Source: Azolla caroliniana
Lineage: Eukaryota; Plantae; Polypodiophyta
DNA: 64,000 nt
Direction of reading: 5' to 3'
Assembly (NCBI GenBank): GCA_043228905.1
Contig: JBHGNT010000012.1
Coordinates: forward strand, 13,330,001 to 13,394,000
The translations under genes and the position numbers were made by a program. This document shows, one piece after another, positions 24,750 to 36,580 of this stretch (the stretch's first letter is position 1; the number at the start of each line of letters is the position of its first letter). The notes beneath the pieces are model-generated. The model was not told the origin of the DNA and did no database searches. It was given only the letters and a program-made list of their open reading frames with translations.

Positions 24750-27518
24750 GTGCACACGAACTACCGGAGCAGCAACGATACCCCCGGCGGCCCGGAGGAC
24801 GACGGGTCGGATACCGTGCCGACTCCAGAACGGGAACCGCTCAACCAGGGCTATCCGGAACCGCAAACGGAAGCCGTCAACCCACCAACACCGGAAGTGG
24901 AAGAAGCAAAGCCACCGACACCAACGAAAGAGCCGGCAAAGGTACCGGAAGAAGAGCCGGAAAAGGAACCGGAAAAAGCACCGACACAAGAACCGGAAGT
25001 GGAACCGGAGAGAAAACCGGAAAGATATCAACAAACGCCACTAAACCGCGGCCTAATACTGGACGACGACATGCCGTTCCAATACTCAAAGTATCGCGAT
25101 GATCCGGACGCGGAAGCGCATGTTCATGACTTCGAGCAGACATGGGAAGCAAATCACACGTCCCAGCGAATGACACCGGAGGAAGAAGAACGCTCGAAGA
25201 TAGCGGAATTCGGAGTCACGTTGGAGGGACCAGCGACACGATGGCGGTGGACGCAGGACCCGGCGACCATCACAACCTTTGCAGAATTAAAAGCAAAATT
25301 CTTGCATTTTTTCCACAAGGAGGTCGACCAGACGACAATGGTGGGCCTGTTTTATACGATCCGACAGGAGGCAGGGGAAAGCATTCCCCAATTCGTCATC
25401 CGTTTCCAACGAATGCATAGCCAGCTTGCCCGTGCACCCCCGGAGGAGGAATTACGGACGATATTTTTAAACGCACTCCGGGAACCGTTACGCACGGTGT
25501 GTACGGTGATCGACTTTCGAGGATGCACCATCGACCAGGTCATTGACCGGGTCAGAGAAATGGAAAAGTCAAGCTCATGGCTTACGCTGGGAACACTGCA
25601 ACGGGCGTTACCCACCGAGGAAGATCTCCGGTTCCGGCAGGCAATTCAATGCACAATCTGCTTGAATGCCGGACACTCGGCAGTGGAGTGCACCATGCGA
25701 ACCCAGTGTGTGATTTGTCAATCCAAGAGTCATACAACGGACCGGTGCGAGTATAACCTGTTAAACCGACAAGCACCACCCGTCCGACGGATCGAGCCAA
25801 GAAGCAGCCGAGACGAAGATGACGATCGTTGGCAAAGAATGAACCGGTACCCACCGGCACAGGATGTCCGGTACGGAGACAGGCAAGAGAATGATGGCCG
25901 GTACGGGAATCAACGTGATAACTACGACCGGTATGAGCGATCGGACCGTTATCGGGAGCCCAACAGACGACACGAGCAATACGACAGAGACCATTCCCCT
26001 GGTTACCGAAGGCACCAGGAGGACTACGGCCGATTTTACGATCCACCACGACCGGACTACCGAAATAAAAATAAGAATAATAAGAAACGTAATTTCAAGA
26101 AAGGTGGTCACACTAGGGACCCGGAACAGGGAACCCCAAGGAGCCAACCGGCACAGAACGCACCACTCACTACGGGACCGACTCCGGATACCAGCAAAGC
26201 TGAATCCAGCAATACCCGTAAAGAGTACTGCTATTACTGCAGGCAGGAAGGCCACTACAGTAACCAGTGCCCGGCAAAGAGCTACGATAAACGACCAGCA
26301 GTTAATATGGTGGTTCCGGAAGTGGCGGATTTACAGCAAGTAACCACACGGTCGAAAGGCATGGCCAAAGAGTGGGAAACACAAGAGGCCATACGAAAAC
26401 AGGCGACGGAATGGGTGAAGGAAGCCAATGAAAGGAATGTCGCGGACGCGGAACGGCAAAAGGCGAATACCATAGGGAGTGCCGGCGGTAGCCACCCAGA
26501 AAACGAGACCTGGCAAGCACTGCAAGAATGTCAGATCACGTTGCCATTAGGAAGACTCTTACAGCTCGTGCCGCGATTTACGGAAGGGCTAAAAACGGTC
26601 ATGACAGACGGTATAGCCCCACCGGCACCAGTCCTCTTCTCGAATCCGGAGGAGGGACCGACGGTGGTGGACACAAGTAGTCCGGTGATTACAGCTATTG
26701 TCAAAGGGCACGAACTTCCCGGCACAGTAATCGATGGAGGTTCCGGGGTGAACGTAATAAGCCTCCGCACGTGTGATGCCTTGGGTATACATGAATGGGA
26801 GTCATGTCCGTTCTGGCTACGGATGGCGGATACGAGCTCTCTACGGCCGACAGGCTTAATACGGAAATTGGAAGTCACCATAGGAGGTCACACATTTCAC
26901 ATCTCGGCTGTAGTGCTGCAGCTACAGGCGCAAGGCGCGTACCCACTGTTGTTGGGCAGACCATGGTTGAAAACAACACACATCAAGAAAAATTGGCGGA
27001 AAAATATGATTACCTTCCGGCGCGGAAAAGCCAAGGTCTGGGTACCGACACAACCACGGACGAGCAACGGTAAGGAATGCACACCGCTGTATGCGGAATG
27101 CGTGAACATGCTCGAAGGGTTGGCAGACGACGAAGAAGCCCAGTACTTGGAGGAACACCCGAAGATCGTACCACTCTTCGAGATTGACGTAGCTGAAGCC
27201 ATAGCGCCATACTTGCCGCAACGGGACGAAACCGAAGCCGAACCGGACAGAGATGCGATTCGGGAATTACGGCAAGCACAGGAAGCGTTGGAACGGGAAA
27301 TGGCCGTTTCCCAACGGGTAAAAACATCTCAGCTCGACGAAGTGAACCTAGGAAGCAAGGACGAATCAAAGCCGGTACACATCGCCAAAGAAATGAAGCC
27401 GGAAGATAAAGCGGCGATGATCAAACTTCTCACGGAGTTTCGCGACGTATTCGCCTGGTCATGTACGAAGACATGCGAGGGCTGGACCCTCAATTATATC
27501 AGCATCAGATCCACTTAG
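24750..27518 (+). CDS. Element B gag-protease polyprotein (true start probably ~24457, separated by a lesion)
   Basis: Retrotransposon gag region, three C-x2-C-x4-H-x4-C knuckles (CTICLNAGHSAVEC, CVICQSKSHTTDRC, CYYCRQEGHYSNQC), protease VIDGGSGVNVI. Confidence 0.85.
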   Translation: MHTNYRSSNDTPGGPEDDGSDTVPTPEREPLNQGYPEPQTEAVNPPTPEVEEAKPPTPTKEPAKVPEEEPEKEPEKAPTQEPEVEPERKPERYQQTPLNRGLILDDDMPFQYSKYRDDPDAEAHVHDFEQTWEANHTSQRMTPEEEERSKIAEFGVTLEGPATRWRWTQDPATITTFAELKAKFLHFFHKEVDQTTMVGLFYTIRQEAGESIPQFVIRFQRMHSQLARAPPEEELRTIFLNALREPLRTVCTVIDFRGCTIDQVIDRVREMEKSSSWLTLGTLQRALPTEEDLRFRQAIQCTICLNAGHSAVECTMRTQCVICQSKSHTTDRCEYNLLNRQAPPVRRIEPRSSRDEDDDRWQRMNRYPPAQDVRYGDRQENDGRYGNQRDNYDRYERSDRYREPNRRHEQYDRDHSPGYRRHQEDYGRFYDPPRPDYRNKNKNNKKRNFKKGGHTRDPEQGTPRSQPAQNAPLTTGPTPDTSKAESSNTRKEYCYYCRQEGHYSNQCPAKSYDKRPAVNMVVPEVADLQQVTTRSKGMAKEWETQEAIRKQATEWVKEANERNVADAERQKANTIGSAGGSHPENETWQALQECQITLPLGRLLQLVPRFTEGLKTVMTDGIAPPAPVLFSNPEEGPTVVDTSSPVITAIVKGHELPGTVIDGGSGVNVISLRTCDALGIHEWESCPFWLRMADTSSLRPTGLIRKLEVTIGGHTFHISAVVLQLQAQGAYPLLLGRPWLKTTHIKKNWRKNMITFRRGKAKVWVPTQPRTSNGKECTPLYAECVNMLEGLADDEEAQYLEEHPKIVPLFEIDVAEAIAPYLPQRDETEAEPDRDAIRELRQAQEALEREMAVSQRVKTSQLDEVNLGSKDESKPVHIAKEMKPEDKAAMIKLLTEFRDVFAWSCTKTCEGWTLNYISIRST

Positions 27519-30183
27519 GCAAGGACGCGAAACCAGTGGCGCAAAGACGTTACCGAATGAACCCCAACTACGCCGCCAAAGTGAAGGAGGAAATCGACAA
27601 ACTCCTAAGAGTGGGCTTCATCCGGCCGGTAAAGAAAGCGACGTGGCTGAGCCCCATCGTCGTCGTCCCAAAGAAGAACGGTAAAATCCGCGTGTGTGTA
27701 GATTACAGGAAACTAAATGCAGCCACAATTACGGATGCATTCCCTCTTCCGTTCACGGATGGAGTACTGGATGCCGTCGCCGGCCATGAAGTTTATAGCT
27801 TTTTAGACGGGTTCAGCGGATACAATCAAATCCGGATGCACCCTGACGACCAGGAGAAGACAGCGTTCGTCACCGAATGGGGGATGATTTTGCAGTCTAT
27901 AGCCGGGGAAAAGACCATTTGCAGCACCTACGGTTATGCCTTGAAAAGTGTAGGTTATACCGGCTAAGCTTAAACCCAGCAAAATGCATCTTTGGGGTTT
28001 CAAGTGGAATCTTACTGGGACACATTGTAAGTAAGGAGGGCATTGCGGTCGACCCGGACAAAGTAAACGCGATACTAGGGGCACCGGCGCCGAAAACGGC
28101 CAAAGCACTAAGCCGATTCTTAGGACAGATCCGGTGGCACAGCCGGATGCTCCGTCACTTGGCTGACTTGGCTACACCATTACACACCGCGGTACATCGG
28201 ACACCGTTCCAATGGACGGATACGGAGGATAAGGCATACAATGCCCTGAAGGTACTTTTGTCGCAAGCACCCGTCGTGCAGCCTCCGGATTGGAGCAAGG
28301 AATTTCATGTGTTCGTTGACGCTTCCGACATCGCTATCGGCAGCGCCTTAATGCAACTTACGGAGCCTAAATGGTACCGGCCGGTATATTACGCCAGCCG
28401 GAAGCTGTCCCAAGCGGAGAAGAACTATTCGAAGACGGAACGGGAGGCCCTGGGCATGATCTACAGTGTCACAAAGTTTCGTCATTACCTATTGGGAAGG
28501 AAGTTCTCCTTTCATGTGGATCACTCGGCGCTCCTGTACTTAGTGTCCAAGGCGTCCCTGACCGGTAAGTTGGCCCGTTGGACCTTGCTGTTGCAGGAGT
28601 TCGAATTCGAGATCTTCCACCGGCCCGGTATCCAGCATGCCGTAGCAGACTACCTGAGCCGGTTAGAGTCCGGAGAAGCAGGCGACGGAGTATCGGATGA
28701 ATTCCCGGACGCAGAGTTATTCCGTATCACCCCGGAAACGGCAGCGGACGACACAGTGGCATCAGAAGATAGGTGGCTGACAAACACGCACCAGTTCCTA
28801 AGCACGGGCCTGCCACCGGAGGAAATGAACCGGGACGAGAGGAAACGACTGGCGGTGCAGAGCCGCAATTTCTGTCTGTTACGGGACACTCTCTACCACA
28901 AGGGAGCAGATGGAATATGGAGACGGGCAGTCCGTAGTGACGAGAAACAAGTAATCTTACGGGAAGCACACTGTGGGGTTGCCGGAGGACACTATGCCGG
29001 GGAAGCGACGGCAAGGAAAGTATGGCAGAGCGGCTTATGGTGGCCCACGACGTTAAAGGACGCCGTTAAGTATGCTAAGGAATGCGACCTATGCCAACGA
29101 ATGGGCCAGCCTACGGAGCAAGCACGGATGCCACACCAACCGGTACTTCCACTAGAGCCATTCCAGAAGTGGGGGTTGGATTTTGTCGGACCGTTCAAGC
29201 CACCGGCAATGAGAACGGGTAATCGTTATGTCATCATGGCAACGGATTATTGCACTAAATGGGTGGAAGCTAAGGCCTTGAGAGACAATACTGCGTCATC
29301 CACAACAAAATTCCTGTACGAGAACATTTGGTGCCGATATGGATGTCCGATTGAATTAATCAGCGACCAAGGAGGGCACTTCCTCGGCCAGGTAGTAGAA
29401 AGCTTAACAACGTTCTATGCCGTGGTCCATAAACGGAGCACACCGTACTACCCACAAGCGAACGGGTTAGCAGAGTCCACCAACAAAACGCTGCAGAACA
29501 TTCTCCGCAAAATCGTCAATGAAAACCGGACGGACTGGGATACAAAGCTCCATAGCGCGCTATGGGCGTACCGAACGGCATACAAAACAAGTATCCGGAC
29601 AACGCCGTTCCGGCTAGCGTTCGGCTTAGAGGCGGTCATGCCGGTGGAATTTCAGGTACCAAGCTTACGGATCCAACTACGGGAGCGGCTGAATGAAAAG
29701 GAGTCGGAGGAAATGCGGCTAGCAGCACTATGCGAACTGGAGGAACAACGGCTGGCCAGCATCCTACACATGGAACTGGAGCAACGACGACGGAAAGCGT
29801 TCGTTGACCGTCACCGGAAAGGTAATGAGAAGATGTTCGAAATCGGAAAGCCGGTGCTAGTATTCCAAACGAGGATGGGCAAGATGCCGGGTAAACTCCG
29901 GTTTAGATGGACAGGCCCGTATTGGCTGACACGGGAATACAACGGGTCCTATCAGTTAGGGACACTTGCCTGTGAAGTGCTAGGCAAGTGGGTCAACGGA
30001 TTTAGACTAAAGCCCTATAAAGGACCGATGCCAAATAACCCGTTTAAGCAGCCCACCGGCACTATACCGGGAACGGTACGGATGGAAGAAAAAGACGACG
30101 GGGAACCCGTAGCAGAGGCGAAGGAAGACACGGCAACCCGTAAGGGAAACGGTAAGGGTCCGAAGGGACCTACGGATGTGTAA
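27461..30183 (+). pseudogene. Element B pol (RT, RNase H, integrase) with a frameshift near 27461 and an RT-core deletion near 27880
   Basis: RVCVDYRKLN, FLDGFSGYNQI, then the sequence jumps to DDFAVY with the MPFGL block missing; RH FVDASDIAIG; integrase FQKWGLDFVGP and YPQANGLAE; no chromodomain. Confidence 0.88.
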
Positions 30184-30196
30184 GATCACATACCGT

Positions 30197-30197
<1 letters not shown>

Positions 30198-30228
<31 letters not shown>
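30198..30228 (+). repeat. Internal poly(A)31 tract after the pol stop of element B
   Basis: Read directly. Confidence 0.9.
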
Positions 30229-30231
<3 letters not shown>

Positions 30232-30563
30232 AGAAATCATTAAAAATCGAGGTATGAACGGACGTGAAAGCAAGGAGCGAAAAGGTACGAAGTGGGCATT
30301 TAAGAGCCGCCACGCTACTTAATACTAAATTGGTACACGACGTGTGCATGCTCGAAAAAGGCGCCAAAACGCACAAAGAAGAAGCAGAACGCATGGAGAC
30401 CTTTTCATTTCGCGAGCCAAGAAGCACAGAAGCACCAAGGCGGTGGAAGCTTACCAAACGCGAACTTGCACTCAGAGAACCTCCACGTTCGGAACGCTCT
30501 CTCTCTCGCTCTCACTCTCATCACCACTCTACCTTGCCATCTTTCCTCGACCTCGAAGCAGAC

Positions 30564-33185
30564 ATGGAACCACAAACGCTGTCGGAAGCGGCCAGGAAAT
30601 GGCTCAGGCAACACGGACTGGATGGGTTCCTGACCATCATGGAGGCACCACCGCACAGAGAAGCCGACCGGGTCATCAAGGAGCTCGACACGGAAGTCAT
30701 CATAGAGGAAGCGATCCGTGCGCTAACAGGCCTTCCGGAGGGAGGTATTTTTCAGATTGATAACCCATCCTCGGAGCAACTCATCCGATATTTCGGTGAG
30801 TACTCTGTTGCTGGCAAAGGCTATCGAACGCAGGGCGGCGAAGATCTGCTATTCAGGGAGATAGCTCGAGTGCTCCATGAGTACGGCCACGTGTACCCCC
30901 GACCCCCTGTCATGCCAAAAAATCGGGCAGGGATGATCATAGCCACCTATGAAGGGATCAAGGTGGACTGGCCGGTGTTGATTGCAGACGGTTTGTGCAC
31001 GGCAATCGACATGGTACGAGGAAAGGACGGCAAGGAGGGCCGAAAGCTGTGGCATGCCGTAGCTCAGTGGATAACATTGTTCGGGCCGCCGATCGAGACC
31101 GTTCAGCCAAAGAAGCGGCCAAGATTATCGGAAGGAAGCACCTCGAAGCCGGCGTCCAAACGACAGCAGCTGCTGGCGTCGAAGGCGACGAAAGGGAAGA
31201 AAAGGCTCCCAGAACCGGAGGAGGTGTCACCGGTCCGACCCGTCAAGATAACCATACGGCGACCGGGACAGAAGGAACCGGAACCCTTGACGGCATAGAA
31301 ACATGCCGTTACACAGGAAGAGGAAACGGAGGAGCCAGAAGAGCACCTCCAACGACGGTCAAGAAGTAGGACCGCTGGGACAGAGGGGGAGCGGTCGTAC
31401 CCGCGAGAGGAAGAAACGCCCCCAACTCAACCTGAGCAAACCACAAGGGAGGAACCGGAACCGGTGCGTATGGAACCGTCCTTGTCGACTTCTATAGAAG
31501 AAGTCATTCCAATGGTTCCGGAGACGGCGAGAACCGGAACTCAACAGCCGGCGAGCCCAGCCAGCACACACGGCGGCCAAGGAGTAGAACCAGAACGGCA
31601 TATGCAGGCACTCAGGCCAGACAATTCCACAGTGAATGAGCCGACCCGACCAGTACAGCAGCAAGGCACCAGTAGCATGTGGCTACGGTGGGTAGGCGAG
31701 CAAATCGCCGGAGCGGTCGAGTATATAGAGGCGGAGGAGAGAGCGCACCAGGAACGGTTGCTCGTCACAACCGTAGATCTAGAGACGGCCCGGTCCAGAA
31801 TCCGGAGCCTTGAACAAGACTTGGATAGGGTCACAAGGGAAATGGCTCAATTGGCTTTGACAACACAAGTCCAAGCACCGGTGACTCCAGGCAATGTACA
31901 GAATAAAGCGTCAGATCAACCTGTACATAACAATCAGACCCCGGCAACGGAAACCGTTCCGGAGAGAAATGCGGCACGAGCCCAAGAGCTTGCGGACTTA
32001 AAGAATGAGCTAGCTGCCCAAGAAGCGCTGAGGAGCCGCGAAAGAGAGTTGAAGACGGCAGCGGAGGCAGAACTCAAAAAGACTGCTGAGAAGCTACGCT
32101 TGGCCGAGGAGAGCTTACGAAAAGGCCACCAAGCGTACGACCGGCTCAAGGAGGAGAAGGAGAAAATGCTGCAAGAGAAGGACAGGCTCCGGAGAAACGC
32201 CGAAACAGAAGTAGAGCGCCTGAAAGAGGAACTCCGGCAGGTAAAGGACCGGGAGGACCGGAACCATCGCCAGATCAACGGCAAGCTCAAACAAAAAACG
32301 GAGGAATTTGAGCAATTGCACCGGGAGTATAAACGGTTGCAGACGGAGCACAAGGAACGGACGGATGAACTCCGGCAAGCAGTTGATCGGACCGCAACCG
32401 CATTCGCCAAGGAACAAGCAGAAACCAGAAGACGGTTGGAAGAGGCGGAGAAGGTTCGGACAGAGCTCCTCAGGCAACAGCAGGCTGAAAAAGAAAGAGC
32501 GGCGGAGGTACTGCAGAGGCTGCAAACGACATATCAAGGGCAGCTGACGCGCTACCGAGAGCAGGCGGAGGATACGGCTAATCTCATCAAGTAGTTGAAG
32601 GAGGAGCGACAAGTTGTGGAAAGCAGAGCGCAAATGGGAGCAAGTCGCATCCAGGATATCATGCGGGCCTAGTTGAACCAGACCAAGAGCTTGATTGACA
32701 ACGGTTCCGTCAAATGGTGGACCAAGTGGGCCACGAACGCGGCGGAACTCCAATTGCTCCGGGCCGACGTAGAGAACCGGCGGAAGGAGGGAGATGATTG
32801 CTATATGCTGAATTCCGAAGACTTCACCGGCATAAGAGATGAGCTGGCCGAAGACTTTCAAGCCTTGGCAGAGGACCAACTAGAGCAAGTCCGGCAACTT
32901 GTAGCTCAGCTGGACGACGACAGGCTGGAGGCGCAGATCCAGTTTGAAAGCTACGAGAGGTCCCGGATCCGGGAAGAGAAAGCACGAGAACCGGTTACGG
33001 TCAACCTCAGTGATGAGGAACCGGTACTGGAAGGAGACCGGACCGGAAGCAGTCAAACGGAGATGCCGGAGTCAGAGAAACAAACGGAGCAGCCGCCTAT
33101 AGAGCAGCCGGAGCAGCCTCAGTCCCAACCGCAACCACAGCAGTAGCAGCAAGCACAGCCGCAACAACCACAACCGGAAGAATAA
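30564..33185 (+). pseudogene. Element B extra ORF (~873 codons): globular PMD-like N-terminus, disordered linker, long coiled coil, Gln/Pro tail; broken by four in-frame TAG codons
   Basis: ORFs 30264-31298, 31464-32594 and 32673-33146 share one frame and the gaps are open apart from TAG at 31296, 32592, 32670 and 33144. Confidence 0.8.
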
Positions 33186-34676
33186 TTGGAAACTCTGGAA
33201 CAAGATATTTTGGACAATTTGGGTGAACGATGAAGGGGCCGAGAAGGGTTCGACGTACAAGGTACTGTCCCACGGGCGTGCCATGTGTTACCGGCCGGCA
33301 AGGAGTCCAAAATACGGAGTGAAGGAGTTAATTAAGTATGGTTGTAAATAAGCATAGTGTGGACGGACGGACTGGAAACGGTATGCCGTTCCAGATCCGG
33401 ACGGATCCCGAATAGGTGCGATAGGCACCGTTTTGTACTACGGGCCGGAAACCTATTTAAAGGCCCGGACCCCATTGTAATCGGAGCGGATAATTAATAG
33501 AGCATATGGTGTTCATACTTCTGTGTTGATTTCCGTTCTGTACTTACTGTCATATCTTACGCGTGTAATTAACTAAAGCACTCTAATCGTGTAACCTACG
33601 TAAGTCGGTGTAATCGTTGAATCTTAATCCTATACCGTAATCACCCTTTGGTGAAGTGTCTCCGTGACACCTTGTGTTAGGCCTTGTCCGGTCAGAGAAT
33701 AACACATCTCTCTCTCCTCGATGTTCACCTCTATGGAGGCGAGGGAGTCGCAGATATCCTTGATCTTCGAGGTATAGTCCGCCACCGACAAGTCGCGTTG
33801 TCGTAGGTTGCTCAACTCCTGTCGGAGCTGAAGCTTCCTGACTGTGGTGCTCGCGGCGAAAATCTTCTTCAGATTTTCCGACGCACCCTTCAGCGTCTTT
33901 GCATCCCGAACATAGCTCAATAGCTGTTCGCCCACACACAACGCGAAGCAGTATAATACCCTGCTCGCCGATTGCTCCCACGACAGGAAGTCTCTGTGTG
34001 TCGATTCGGGTGCCGCATCATTAGCTCCTTCGACATAACTGCAGTAGTCGTGCCCGAGCAGGTACTGGTGCATCTTGTAGGACCAAGACACGTAGTTGGT
34101 TCTGTCGAGCTTCTCTGTTGGAAGCGAGCTCGCCATGCCTCTATCCATCGTTGTTCTTGTTCTTCTTCGTCAAGCTGTATCGGCTGCAGAGAGGTTCTCA
34201 ACCCTCGCGCCCTGATACCATGTAAAAAGTAGCGTGCGGAAGCAAGTATGACGACCGAACAGAAGGAAGAAAACTCAGGTTTAATGGAGAGCTTGAGCTT
34301 ACATAGTGTATGCGGGAGAGAAAGAGAGAGTGAGAGAGAGAAAACACAAGAACTATATTCAACAAAAAATACTCAATCTCTATTCACCACTCTATACATA
34401 TGTGTGTTCAATGAACACTTTTATACAAGTCCTAGAAGGACTGACAGAAGTACTGACAGTACTTCAATGCTCATTAAGAGCTCCTACACTAACTCCCAAA
34501 TATATTCCTCACGGAATATCTTTCCTAACGGCCTCCCGGTTTACGCACCGATCTGGCCCTACCTACGCACCGGTCTGCTTACCGGTTTACGCATTCGGCC
34601 TAACCGATCGGTCCCAACCGATCCGGTCCTCGGCTTCTTCAGCCGATCCGGCCGATGTTGAGCTTGTCTCTCAACA

Positions 34677-36580
34677 GTGGAGAAAGGGAAGGAGCACCTG
34701 GTTTGCCGGTTGAAGAAGAGCCTCTACGGGTTGAAGTAGGCCCCCCGGCAATGGTACCGGAAGTTCGACTCCTTCATGACCGATGAAGGGTACCACAAGA
34801 CGCAGGCCGATCATTGTGTGTTTATGAAGAAGTTCGATGGAGGCGACTTCCTGATACTCCTTCTGTACGTGGACGACATGTTGATCGTCCGACAGGACCA
34901 AGTCAAAATACGGATGCTGAAGAAGGCTCTCAACCGGACCTTCTCAATGAAAGAATTGGGTTCGGCAAGACAGATGCTAGGGATGCATATCATCTGGAAC
35001 CAGCCAACGAACCAACTGTGGCTGTCACAGGAGAAGTACGTGACAAAGGTGCTTTAGCGGTTCAACATGTTGGAAGTGAAACCCGGCAAAGTGCAGATTA
35101 TCCGGTAAACAAAGCCCGAAGATGAAAGCAGAGAAGGCTGATATGATGAAGGTTCCATATGCCTCTACCGTCGGGAGCTTAATGTACGCAATGGCGTGTA
35201 CCCGACCGGATATAGGATACGCAGTCGGAGTGGTGAGCCAGTTTATGAGCAATCCTGGCAAGGAGCACTGAAACACAGTCAAATGGATACTCCGGTACTT
35301 GAAGGGCACTTCGAATATGTGTCTCCGATTCGGCTCCGGTAAACCTGAACTTGACGGTTTTACCGATTCGGACATGTCGGCTGATGTGGATACCAGCCAG
35401 TCTATATCCGGGTATGTAATGACATATGCAAGGGGAGCTGTTTCGTGGCAGTCGAGGCTGCAGAAGACGGTTGCGTTGTCAACCACGGAGGCGGAGTACA
35501 TGGCGGCTGTGGAAGCCGGCAAGGAAACATTATGGATGAAGGACTTCATCGGAGAGCTTGGTATCAGGCAAGATGAATACCTGCTCTATTGCGATAGTCA
35601 AAGTGTCATCCACCTTGCTAAGAATGCGGCCTACCATTCCCGGACGAAGCATATCCAGCGAAAGTATCACTGGATCCGGGAAAGAGTAGATGTCCAGGAG
35701 TTCGCGCTGACGAAGATCCACACGGCCGAGAACGGGTCAAATATGTTGACCAAAGTACTGATACCCGACAAGTTGGATGCATGCCGGAAGCGGATCGGAC
35801 TAGTAAGACATCCCATGCTGGAGTGAAGGGGGAGTTTGTTAGGATGGGAAGTCAGAAGAACAGTACTGATGAGCAAACTCAGCCGAGGCCGATAGGCCGA
35901 GGCCAAAACCGAATGAGGAATACCTAGCTACGGAAGACCCGGTGAGAACCGGATGACGAGTACCCGGCTACGGAGAGCCGGAAGTTGCAGACCCGGTGAG
36001 AACCAAATGACGAGTACCCGGCAAGCGCCGGATGATGCAGGCCCGGTGAGGAGTGCTCACCGGATGAAGAGACATAGTCATAAATATGTTTCTGAGAGTC
36101 CATAGTGGCTATATTTGTAAATAGCCGAAAAGTCATATTAGTATAAATATGACTTAGGGCAAACTTTTTGTATAGACAGAGTGAGAGAGTTGTAGTTATT
36201 CTTGTTGGCGCAAGATTAGAGCGCGCAACTGTGTACAGAGAGAGTGAGAGAGAGGAAGAGGTCGTTGCCTCTGATTGTAACTGCCTCCTGTGGCGAAGAT
36301 AGCAAGCTCGAGGTCGTGACCTCGGTGCTTTCTTATTGTACATTCTGACATAGTGATAGTTTGCGGTCTGTGGGCTGCCGTGGTTTTTCCCGATTTTGGG
36401 TTCTCCACGTAAACATCCTGTGTACTCTTCTCTCTATCGTGTTGTGTTTTATTCTAGGCTCGGTTGTGGCCGAGCGTTGTTCAAGGGAGCGTGTAGTTCC
36501 TGTCACCGCGTGCCTGGAACGCGAAGATCACGCAACGATTGCATCGGTTGGGCTTTGCGACGTCAAAATCGGTTTCCTCA
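34677..36580 (+). mobile_element. Copia element E, 3' part: RT/RNase H, PPT and 3' LTR (35837 to ~36580)
   Basis: LKKSLYGLK, LLLYVDDML, STTEAEYMA, RTKHIQ; PPT GAAGGGGGAG before TGTTAGG; C1 RT resumes after the LTR. Confidence 0.82.

Larger units (their letters stand above)
23987..33704 (+). mobile_element. Young full-length non-chromovirus Gypsy element B (Athila/Phygy-like) with extra 3' ORF
   Basis: 419-bp LTRs at 23987-24405 and 33286-33704 with about 4 transitions seen; TSD CATCT at 23982-23986 and 33705-33709; PBS TGGCGACCAC at 24412 (tRNA-Arg-like). Confidence 0.95.
23353..34676 (-). mobile_element. Copia element C2 (same family as C1), 5' part only: LTR 34221-34676, gag and protease, split by element B
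   Basis: Minus strand TGTTGAGAGACAAG...TTTTACA then TGGTATCAGGGC; gag ORF 33630-34148; WYVDSGASNHMT protease at ~23380-23415. Confidence 0.87.

Noticed and set aside
30198-30228. Poly(A) tail of an inserted LINE, SINE or retrocopy
   Set aside because: Only 14 bp separate it from the pol stop, with no TSD or inserted body; treated as part of element B
31934-32879. Long antisense ORFs (158 and 254 aa) in element B
   Set aside because: Shadows of the biased coiled-coil coding strand; no recognisable domain
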